DNA of 64,000 bases from an uncultured Thermoplasmata archaeon (GTDB lineage Archaea > Thermoplasmatota > Thermoplasmata > Lutacidiplasmatales > UBA184), in contig CAVPSE010000005.1 of the NCBI GenBank assembly GCA_963708255.1, positions 182,347-246,346 on the forward strand, read 5' to 3'. Below are positions 48,988 through 57,649 of the stretch, piece after piece. The notes under the pieces are model-generated. The model was given only the letters and a program-made list of their open reading frames with translations. It made no database searches and was not told the DNA's origin. The position numbers and the translations under genes are program-made. Positions within the stretch are counted from its first letter, which is position 1. Every line of letters begins with the position of its first letter.

Positions 48988-49186
48988 TCCGTCCATGTTC
49001 GGATCGGGGCCAGGGTCCGCCAGTGCGGGGCGTGATTCCGGTCCACGGGCTCGATCATTCCGCAGGCGGTGCGGGACGGACGCGATCCGTCTCAGCACGT
49101 TCCACGCCGCGGTCAAAGCATTTGAAATGGTTAGATGCGGGGGGAGGTACTCAAAACGCCGGGCGGGTCAATAATCGTGGGATACG
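48988..49186 (-). repeat. att-like repeat G (long form; shares about 190 bp with repeat A, including upstream gtccgtccatgttc...ggggcgtgat.ccggtcca.gggctcgatc)
   Basis: Core caaagcatttgaaatggttagatgcggggggaggtactcaaaacgccgggcgggtcaataatcgtgg plus an extended upstream block alignable to 34773..34890. Confidence 0.55.
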
Positions 49187-49319
49187 ACACATCTCGACGT
49201 ACCCTGCCCAGGTATCCGTCGTCGCCGGACACGTTGGCGCCGGGAACCTGTCGGGCCCGGGGGTGGGTCCGTCCGTGGTACCGACGATAGGCCCCCCGGG
49301 CCCTCGCCCTGGGAGGATC

Positions 49320-49790
49320 CTACCCGGGGCAGAATCCTGAGTATTCGGTCGGGTAGAGTTGGATCAACACAAGGTTCAGCGCGTTCACGTCGACGTAACC
49401 TGGCGCCAGGAATCCGTTTTGGTCCGCGTTGGTGTTGATGTTCTGCTGGATGAGGTAGTCGAGACTCGACTGGGGGATACCTGTCGCGTTCGACACCGCA
49501 GGGACCTGCCCGTAGGCGTCCGAGGGGGTGATGTCCGGGTCGACACCTGAGTCGGAAGCCGTGGCGTTCCGGGGTTCGAAGAACTTGGGAGAACTGATGT
49601 TCTCCGCGATAAGCTTCGAGCCGACCTCGGTCCCGTTGCATATCATCGGACTTCCGATGGCCCCATTCGGGTTCTCTACCTGGTCGATGGCGGCCAGCGT
49701 GATCGGATACACTCCCATCAGGAGCACCGCGCAGATCGCGAGCAGGACGACGAGGGGTCGCACGTGCTCAAAGAGCGCCCTAAGCTGCAT
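49320..49790 (-). CDS. kdpC: Potassium-transporting ATPase subunit C
   Basis: N-terminal TM helix followed by ...AENISSPKFFEPRNATASDSGVDPDITPSDAYGQVPAVSNATG..., the KdpC pattern. Immediately downstream of kdpB. Confidence 0.8.
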   Translation of the reverse strand: MQLRALFEHVRPLVVLLAICAVLLMGVYPITLAAIDQVENPNGAIGSPMICNGTEVGSKLIAENISSPKFFEPRNATASDSGVDPDITPSDAYGQVPAVSNATGIPQSSLDYLIQQNINTNADQNGFLAPGYVDVNALNLVLIQLYPTEYSGFCPG

Positions 49791-49793
49791 GGT

Positions 49794-51932
49794 TCAGTGG
49801 ATCACCCAGGTTAGCACGATGTCGAGGGCCTTGATGGCCACGAACGGGAGGACCGCTCCGCCCACCCCATAGATCGCCATGTTGCGGAGGAACGTCCGCT
49901 CCGGGAGTTCCGGGCGGAACCTCACGCCGCGGAATGCGAGTGGGATGAGGGCCGGTATGACGGCAGCGTTGAAGATCATCGTGGCCAGGATCGCGGTCAC
50001 GGGGCTGTGCAGTTGCAGGATGTTGAGCTTCTGCGCGGCCACACTGGCGGGCAGCATCGCGGGGAAGAGCGCGAAGTACTTCGAGACGTCGTTCGTGACG
50101 CTGAACGTTGTGATGGCCCCCCGCGTCATCAACAGCTCCTTGCCCGTCTCGACCACCTTGGTCACTTTGGACGGGTCCGAATCCAGATCGATCATGTTCG
50201 CTGCCTCCCGGGCCGCAGCGGTGCCCGAGTTCATCGCGATCCCGACGTCCGCGATGGCCAGCGCGGGGGCATCGTTCGTCCCGTCCCCCTCGACCCCCAC
50301 GACGTGGGCCTGGGCCTGTTCCTGCTTGACCCGGGTGAGCTTGTCGGCCGGCTTCGCCTGGGCGATCACCTCCGCGATACCTGCCTCGTCGGCGATGACC
50401 CGGGCCGTGATCTCCGTATCGCCCGTGACCATCACGGTGCGGATCCCTGTCGCCTGGACCGCCGCCAAGCGCCCCCGGATCCCGGGCTTCAACTGGTCCC
50501 GGAGGTCGATCAGCCCGACGACCTTGGACCCGACGGCAACGGCCAGCGGAGTGCCACCTTGTCGGGAAATCTCCTGCGACTTCCAGAGCAGCTCGCCCCG
50601 ATTGACCTCGGGGGCGATGGCCAGCACCGCATCGACGGACCCCTTGACGATGCGATCCGGGGCTCCGGATCCTTCGAGTTCGACGAGCTTCTTCCAAACC
50701 GGCCCCCGAGCCACGTCGGCCGAGACCATGGGAAGTTCCGGACGGCGCGCGGGATTCGAACCGAAGTTGGCCAGAAGCTCCACGCCGCTGAGACGGGTCT
50801 CCGCGCTGAAGTCAATGGTCGTTCCGGCCAGGACCCGGGGGGTAAGGGGAAGGGCCAAGCCCCGAGCCGTGGCCACCTCCGCGACGGATCGTCCCTCGGG
50901 GGTCCGGTCCAGCGCCGACGCCAAGAACGCGGCCTGGCCGACGTCCGCCTCAGTAAACCCTTCGAGGGGGATGAACTGCTTGACACTGCGCTGTCCCTGG
51001 GTGATCGTGCCCGTCTTGTCGAGGATGAGCGTGTCGACGTCCCCCGCGGCCTCCACAGCCTTGCCGGACTTGGCGATCACGTTGGCCCGCCCCACGCGCG
51101 TGATGCCCGCGATGCCGATGGCAGGCAGCAGCCCTCCCACGGTCGTCGGCATCAGCGCTACGAGGAAGGAGAGAAGGATGGCGAGGTCCACCACGAAACC
51201 GAGAGAGTCGGCGAGAACGAGGAAGCTTCCCACGACCAGGATGAAGATTCCAGTGAGGCCCACGAGGAGAAGATTGAGGCTGACCTCGTTCGGGGAGCGC
51301 GGTCGGTGGGCTCCCTCGACCAGCTTGATCATGTCGTCGAGGTAGCTGCGACCGGACTCCGCGACGATCCGCATGACCAGCGCATCGGAGGCCAGAGCGG
51401 TCCCTCCGATCAGGGGATCTCCCACTTTCTTCACGACGGGGGCGGACTCGCCCGTCATGAGCGATTCGTCCAAGTACGCGGTGCCTTCGAGGACTACTCC
51501 GTCCCGGGGAACGATTTCCGGGGGCCGGAGCCGCACCACGTCTCCCGGAACGAGGCTCTTGGACGGGACGACGATCACAGTCCCATCCACGACCTTCCTC
51601 GCCAGGACGTCCTGCTCGAGCCGGCGGAGGGAGTCTACACGGGCTTGGCCCTGGATCTCGGAGATCGACTCGGCCAGGGTCGCAAACCAAACGGTCAGAA
51701 CGAGGATCAGGGTCAGGGCCACGTAGATCCACTGCGGCTCGGTGGTCAGACCCGCGAAGGCTTCCGGATCGAGGGACATCGCGCCGGTGATCACGGCAGT
51801 GGCCTCGACGATGAGCATGATGAGGTTCGTCCTCAGGAGGTATCGAGGGTCGAGCTTGCGAACGGACTGGACTACGGCCCGTTCGATCTCCCCCCGACCA
51901 AACCCACTTTCCCTCGTCTTGTGGTCCGACAT
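49794..51932 (-). CDS. kdpB: Potassium-transporting P-type ATPase subunit B
   Basis: 712-aa uninterrupted ORF with LDKTGTITQG phosphorylation motif, MVTGDTEITARVIADEAG, GDGTNDAPALA and KdpB-type TM topology. Confidence 0.85.
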   Translation of the reverse strand: MSDHKTRESGFGRGEIERAVVQSVRKLDPRYLLRTNLIMLIVEATAVITGAMSLDPEAFAGLTTEPQWIYVALTLILVLTVWFATLAESISEIQGQARVDSLRRLEQDVLARKVVDGTVIVVPSKSLVPGDVVRLRPPEIVPRDGVVLEGTAYLDESLMTGESAPVVKKVGDPLIGGTALASDALVMRIVAESGRSYLDDMIKLVEGAHRPRSPNEVSLNLLLVGLTGIFILVVGSFLVLADSLGFVVDLAILLSFLVALMPTTVGGLLPAIGIAGITRVGRANVIAKSGKAVEAAGDVDTLILDKTGTITQGQRSVKQFIPLEGFTEADVGQAAFLASALDRTPEGRSVAEVATARGLALPLTPRVLAGTTIDFSAETRLSGVELLANFGSNPARRPELPMVSADVARGPVWKKLVELEGSGAPDRIVKGSVDAVLAIAPEVNRGELLWKSQEISRQGGTPLAVAVGSKVVGLIDLRDQLKPGIRGRLAAVQATGIRTVMVTGDTEITARVIADEAGIAEVIAQAKPADKLTRVKQEQAQAHVVGVEGDGTNDAPALAIADVGIAMNSGTAAAREAANMIDLDSDPSKVTKVVETGKELLMTRGAITTFSVTNDVSKYFALFPAMLPASVAAQKLNILQLHSPVTAILATMIFNAAVIPALIPLAFRGVRFRPELPERTFLRNMAIYGVGGAVLPFVAIKALDIVLTWVIH

Positions 51933-51942
51933 TGTAGTACCT

Positions 51943-53564
51943 CTACCCGAAGATCCCGAGGATCAGGAACGGCAAGAACGCCAGGGCCGTCAGCACGAAT
52001 GTCACTCCGATCAGGGTGAGGGTGAAGGGCCAGCCGTCGGTCCTGATCGGCTCGGGCGTGTCCCGGCGGTCCTTGGTGGCAAAGGACCCGGCGATGCCCA
52101 TCATGAAGACGATGGGAGCGAACCGCCCGACGAGCATGACGATCCCCGTCGACACGTTCCAGAAGGGGGTGTTCGCGACGGTCCCCAGGTAGTCGGATCC
52201 GTTGTTCGCCGATGCCGAGGTGTACTCGTAGAACACTTGGGTGAAACCTCCCGCCCCCGAATGGGGACCGAGGATACCGGCGACGTTCCCGCTACTGTAG
52301 GCGATCGCGGCGGGTACCAGGATCATCAGGGGGTGGATGACGAAGGTCAGGACGGCGAGCTTCACGTCCCACCCTGAGATCTTCATCCCCAGGAACTCGG
52401 GCGTCTTGCCGACCATCAGGCCGACCATGAACAGGGTGAGGAACGCGTAGATGACGAGCGTCATGAACCCGACGCCGGACCCCCTGGGATCGCCTGGACG
52501 AACATGAACGTGAACAGGCTGGCCCCAGTCCTCGGGGAAAGCCCCGAGAGGTACGCATTGGTAGACCCGGTATCGCTGGAGATCGAGAAGAACTGGAACA
52601 GGACGCTGCCGAAACCCCCGAACCGCGTTTCGAGCCCGACGGGTCCGCTCACCGTTGTGAGGGAATACGCCAGGAGGGCCACGAACGGCGCGAGGACGGC
52701 CACCATGAAGGCCCGGCCGCGGCCCCTTCCCACCAGCTCCCCGTACGCGAAAATGAACGCTAGGGGGATGATGAGCATCAGGATGAGATAGACCAGGTCC
52801 GAGATGCCGTTCGGATTGGCGAAGGGGCTCCCCAAGTTCGCCCCATAGTACCCTCCGCCGTTCTGCCCCAGCTCCATGATGGAGTCGAACCCCGCCAGTG
52901 GCCCGACGACGAAGGTCTGGTGACCCCCGCCGATCAGCCCGGTGGTCAGAGTTCCGTTCAGGGTCTGGGGGACCCCGACCGCCATGAGAAGGAGGGCGCT
53001 AACGAAGGAGATCGGTAGCAGGATGGTGACCAACGACCGGAAGAAATCTGCGTAGAAGTTCCCGATCCCCTTTCCCTTCTGGATGAAGGGGCGCAGGAAG
53101 GCGAGTCCGACTGCGATGGCCGAGGCCGGAGCCACGTACTGGTTGAGCATGAGCACCAGCTGGGAGGCGACAGTAAGGGCTTGATCACCGGAGTAGTGCT
53201 GGAGATTCGTGTTCGTGATGAACGAGGCGCTGGTGTTGAAGTTCAGGTCCCACGAGAACGGAAGCAGCCCCCGGGGATTGCCCGGCAGCCACCCCTGGAG
53301 GCCCAGGACGACGTAAGTGAAGATGGCGAAAGCCGCATCGAGGAGCACGAGGGCGATGACATACTCCTTCCAATCCATCGATCTCTTGGGGTCGATGCCC
53401 GCCGCCCGGAACACGAGATTCTCGGCCTTCGAGAGGAAGCCCTCGAATGGACGAGGGGTCCCTCGGATCAGGTGGACCAAGTACCTTCCGAGGTAGTATC
53501 CGAGCAACAGGGTGAGGCCGAGCGCCAGCGCCAGTAGCTCGGCATCCGCTACCCCCTCGATCAT
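51943..53564 (-). CDS. kdpA: Potassium-transporting ATPase subunit A (K+ channel-like subunit); frame change near 52460
   Basis: ORF 52461..53564 (MIEGVADAELLALALGLTLLLGYYLGRYL...NTNLQHYSGDQALT...) continues in ORF 51943..52464 (...MTLVIYAFLTLFMVGLMVGKTPEFLGMKI...). The kdpABC gene order is conserved. Confidence 0.75.
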
Positions 53565-53740
53565 CGTGCTCCTCGGGAACCGTTGGTCCGCGAAGGCGGA
53601 GTCACCCGGTGGGCCCGGGAGTCCGCACGTTCGGCTGCGCCGAAGTGGTCGTCAGCCGGGTCCCACGCCGGGTCCGTCGACCCGGTTGGCATGGCTGCTG
53701 GTGCTGGAATTGCGAACATCGGGCCACCTCGGTCGGCGCT

Positions 53741-53930
53741 AGTCGGTGCGCCCGGAGTGGCGCAGGAGGCGGTAGAGGTTCTGAACGGACGGAATCTGCT
53801 GGAGATTCAGGGCAGAGCCGTCGATGGCAGAGGATCGGACTTCTCCGCGAACCACAGGGCCTCGGACGGGCACGGGTGGATTCACGCACGTATTTGGAAC
53901 CTCTGTCCCTAACAAGAAGCGAGTAGGAGG
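53741..53930 (+). repeat. Conserved noncoding element X, copy 2, between the kdpA start and the tRNA-Leu
   Basis: Alignable base for base with 31799..31991 (same orientation). Lies about 175 nt upstream of the kdpA start on the opposite strand. Confidence 0.6.
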
Positions 53931-54502
53931 TACCGAACCGGTTCGCAGGTGGCGGCGTCACCCTCCTCCACGTCGCTGTCCTTCGTCGTCTTGGGCCCGC
54001 GATAAGTCCGACGATCTCCACGGGAGCCTCCGTTCGCTACACGGCCGACGCGTTCGGTCAACACGGGGGCCCCCGAGGGTCCCCCCGGGCGTCGCAACGT
54101 ATGCTCCCGCGTAAGGTGGCGGGGTCTCTCCACCGGTAGGTTCGTGGCTGCCGCGAGCCCCGGACCCCCCGACGACCGCCGCCGACGGGAATGGGAATCG
54201 GCCCGCCCTCGATCCTGAGTGGCATCTCTCGGGCCGAGCACTCCCGCGACCCAGCCTAACCCCGCCGAGGGAGCCACGTCTCGGCGGAGCGATGCCCCCG
54301 CCCAACCCGTCCCGCCCCGCGGTCACCGGTTCTGCAGTCGGAGCCCGCGTGCAGAGCGCGGAGAGCGAACGCACCTGCCAGGGCCGGGAGGGCTCCCGAC
54401 ACTTGGTGGTCAATGCCGAGGCTGGAAAGGGACCGTAAGACCCGAGGTGTCCGCGGGTCGAACTCGTTCCAAGGGGTTCCCAGCCTAGATGAATGGGTTC
54501 GA

Positions 54503-54587
54503 TGCGGGGAGAGGGATTTGAACCCACGAACTCCTACGAGACCAGACCCTGAATCTGGCGCCTTTGGCCAAGCTGGGCGATCCCCGC
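54503..54587 (-). tRNA. tRNA-Leu (anticodon CAG), class II with long variable arm, no encoded CCA
   Basis: Minus strand GCGGGGA-TC-GCCC...; 7-bp acceptor GCGGGGA/TCCCCGC plus discriminator A; 3-bp D stem; anticodon stem CCAGA/TCTGG with loop TTCAGGG (CAG, G37); about 14-nt variable arm; T arm GTGGG-TTCAAAT-CCCTC. 85 nt. Confidence 0.75.
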
Positions 54588-54643
54588 GCCACGGCGTTGG
54601 AACCGACCGGGCTAATGAGGGTTCCCGGGGAGCTGGGAGCTGC

Positions 54644-55462
54644 CTAGGCGGGCGCCGCGGGCCGGGCGTGATCGTGGGCCTTCTCGGCCGCGAGTACATC
54701 GATCGCCTCGCCGACCGTCGCCTTCTCGTGGACGATCGCCCGGAGGGCCCGGAGCATGGGGACGGGGTGGTCCGACTGCCAGATGTTGCGCCCCATGTCG
54801 ATACCGTGGGCGCCGAGCGCGATCGCATCGTGGGCCAGCTCGAGGGCCGCGCGGTCGCTGTCCAGTTTGGGGCCTCCCGCTACCACCAGGGGGACCGGGC
54901 ACCCTTCGACGACCTTCTCGAAATCGTCGCAGTAGTAGGTCTTCACGAGGTGGGCGCCGAGCTCCGCGGAGACCCGGCAGGCGAGCGCCAGGTACCGTGC
55001 GTCGCGCTTCTCGAGCTCCTTGCCCACGGCCGTGATCGCCATCACCGGCATGCCGGTGTCCTCGCCCTCGCTGACGAGCTGGGCCAGGTTGTTCAGGGAG
55101 GAGTGCTCGTGCGGGGCCCCCACGAAGACGGAGAGGGCCACCGCGGAGCAGTTCAAACGAAGCGCCTCTTTCATGGGGGTGGTGAGGGCCTCGTCGCTCA
55201 GGTCCTCCTTCAGGACGGTGACGCCGCCCGAGACCCGCAGGACGATCGGGACCTGGGCGGTCGGGGGCACGGAGGTGCGAAGGATCCCGCGGGTCACGGC
55301 GAGGGCGTCCGCGTGGGGGATCAACGGCCCGATGGTCGTTCGGGCGTTCTCCAACCGGCGGGTCGGGCCCATGAAGTAGCCGTGGTCGACGGCGAGCATC
55401 ACCGTGTTGCCGTCCCCCGTGGGGAACATCCGCGCGATCCGGTTCGAAAGACCCCAGCTCAT
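54644..55462 (-). CDS. fba: Class I fructose-bisphosphate aldolase, archaeal DhnA type (or the related ADH synthase AroA')
   Basis: 272-aa ORF with MLAVDHGYFMGP..., Schiff-base Lys region ...AHLVKTYY... and ...VVAGGPK...; the DeoC/FbaB archaeal aldolase family layout. Confidence 0.75.
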   Translation of the reverse strand: MSWGLSNRIARMFPTGDGNTVMLAVDHGYFMGPTRRLENARTTIGPLIPHADALAVTRGILRTSVPPTAQVPIVLRVSGGVTVLKEDLSDEALTTPMKEALRLNCSAVALSVFVGAPHEHSSLNNLAQLVSEGEDTGMPVMAITAVGKELEKRDARYLALACRVSAELGAHLVKTYYCDDFEKVVEGCPVPLVVAGGPKLDSDRAALELAHDAIALGAHGIDMGRNIWQSDHPVPMLRALRAIVHEKATVGEAIDVLAAEKAHDHARPAAPA

Positions 55463-55515
55463 GGACTCCTCCGGCGCTCCTCGGGGAACCGGCTCTTAGG
55501 CGTTACCGACGTCCG

Positions 55516-56010
55516 TCATATCGCGCCCTCCCGCTCGGCGGAACGCAGCGTGACGGGGACCCGCGGGTCCTCCTTGACCCGGTTGAGGACGACCTGGGTG
55601 TTCGACCGCTCCACGTACGGGTCCTGGAGGGCACGCTTGACGAACCGGTCGAGGTCCCGGCGGTCGCGGAACCTCCCGATCAGGAGCGCGTCAAAGTCGC
55701 CGGTCACATCGTAGATGGCGTACGCGCGCGGGTCCTTGGCGAGCCGCTCCTCGACCTCCCGGAGCTTCCCCTTCGAGATCCGGATGCCGATGGTCGCCGC
55801 GAGGTCCCAGCCGAGCTGCTCGTCATCGAGGAGCGGGACGTACCCCTTGATCACCCCATCGCGCTCGAGGCGGGCGACCCGGGCGCTGACGGTCGTCGGG
55901 GAGACCTTCAGTCGGTGGGCGAGCTCCCGGTGGCTCCGGCGGGCATCGACGTTGAGCTCCTGGAGGATCGACCGGTCGAGGTCGTCGAGGAGGCTGGACT
56001 TTCGTGGCAT
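55516..56010 (-). CDS. lrp: Lrp/AsnC-family transcriptional regulator
   Basis: LDDLDRSILQELNVDARRSHRELAHRLKVSPTTVSARVARLERDGVIKGY (HTH) plus a RAM domain ...AIYDVTGDFDALLIGRFRDRRDLDRFV. Confidence 0.85.
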   Translation of the reverse strand: MPRKSSLLDDLDRSILQELNVDARRSHRELAHRLKVSPTTVSARVARLERDGVIKGYVPLLDDEQLGWDLAATIGIRISKGKLREVEERLAKDPRAYAIYDVTGDFDALLIGRFRDRRDLDRFVKRALQDPYVERSNTQVVLNRVKEDPRVPVTLRSAEREGAI

Positions 56011-56128
56011 GTATCGATAAACAACGGGACAGAAATAAAGGGTATCATTCCAAACATGGACATTCGTCCACTATTGTTCGACGAGGGTTGAAGTACCCCC
56101 AAGAGGTCGGGGAGCTGGGGGAGCTCGA

Positions 56129-57609
56129 TTGGCAGTAGCGGGAGGGCGAGGCAGCGTCGCACAGCAGGAAGCTCGAGGGGCCGAGGCGCTGGCCGCGGAT
56201 CAAGTCGGAGGGACTGCGCTGGGTGGAGCTGTTCTACACGGACCTCTCGGCGGGTTCAATCACATCCACGTGCCCTCGGCGACCCTCGACGCCGACTCGT
56301 TCGTCTCGGGCGTTCCGAAGCTGGACGGTTCCTCCGTCCGCGGGTTCCGTGAGATCTTCGAGTCCGACATGATCCTCGCTTCCCGACCCCGTCTACGTTC
56401 GGCGTGATGCCGTGGGGCGCCAGGAGCACGGCGGCACGGCGCGGTTCATCTGCGACATCCTGGTGGGCGCAAGCAAGGAAGCGTACGGCCACGACCCCCG
56501 GGGGATCGCCCGGCGGACGGTCGACGTGCTCGGCTCGGGCCGGGTACGACCGGTCCTACTGGGGCCCGGAGGTCGAGTTCTTCGTCTTTGATTCGGTGAA
56601 GCTGGTCCCCTCCGCGAACGCCGTCCGGGACGCCTGGGGCGGCGCCGGCTACCTCATCGACAGCGCCGAGGCCCCGTGGAACCTCTCTGACGGCCACGGG
56701 TCGATCCGGTTCAAGGAAGGGTACCACCGGAGCGCCCCGTCCGATATCCTGGAGGGAATGCGTTCCGAGATGTGCAACATCCTCGCCGACAGCTTCCACA
56801 TCACCATGGACGCCCACCACCATGAGGTGGCGACGGCGGGCCAGGGGGAGATCAACATCCGGTTCGACGATCTCATCCCGGCCGCCGACCACGTGCAGGA
56901 CGTCCACTACGTGATCAAGAACGTCGCCGCGCGGCACGGGAAGGTCGCCTCGTTCATGCCGAAACCGGTCTTCGGCGACAACGGGATCGGGATGCACATG
57001 AACCAGTCGATCTGGACCGGGGGCCACAACGCGTTCTACGACGCCACGGACCCGTATGCCGAGGTCAGCCAGACCTGCCGGTACTATGTCGGGGGGCTCC
57101 TGGACCACGCCCGGGCCCTCTGCGCCATCACCAACCCGACCACCAACTCCTACCGTCGGCTGGTCCCGGGTACGAGGCGCCCGTGTTCATCGCGTGGAGC
57201 CGGGCCGAACCGATCGGCGAACGTCCGGATCCCGTTCTACCACCGGGGTCGCCCGGACGTGAAGCGGGTGGAGTACCCGGACCCCGGACTCGGCCGCGAA
57301 CATCTACCTCACCGAGGCGGCCCTCGCCCTCGCCGGGCTCGATGGGATCCGCCGGAAGATCGAACCGCCACCCCCTGTCGACCACGACATCTACAAGCTG
57401 AGCCCCGCCCGGCGGAAGGAGCTGGGGATCCGGGAGCTCCCCGGTTCGCTCGGCGAGGCGCTCGAGGCGCTCTCCTCGGACGACAGCTTCCTGAGGGAAG
57501 TGTTCGGCTCCTCGGTCCTCGACGTCTGGCACGAGCTCAAGCGCGAGGAACAGCTCCAGGTGAACCTGCGGCCCCACCCGTACGAGTTCTACCGGTACCT
57601 CGACGTATA
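56129..57609 (+). CDS. glnA: Glutamine synthetase type I; several frame changes, including inside the N-terminal domain and after the NSYRRLVPG motif
   Basis: N-terminal ...IHVPSATLDADSFVSGVPKLDGSSVRGFREIFESDMIL (ORF 56129..56407). Core GPEVEFFVFD...MPKPVFGDNGIGMHMNQS...NSYRRLVPG (ORF 56404..58134). C-terminus continues out of frame (…RIPFYHRGRPDVKRVEY…, then ...ELGIRELPGSLGEALEAL...HPYEFYRYLDV*). Confidence 0.7.
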
Positions 57610-57649
57610 GTCGGGGCACCCGGCCTCGGGCGTAGGCGGGGGACAGGGG

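Noticed and set aside
34773-49186. att-like repeats A-G as genuine tRNA genes
   Set aside because: Only the 3' acceptor strand and trailer are present. The T-arm position is replaced by a GAACCGCC/GGCGGTTC hairpin, and no complementary GCGGGGA-type 5' strand exists upstream of any copy.
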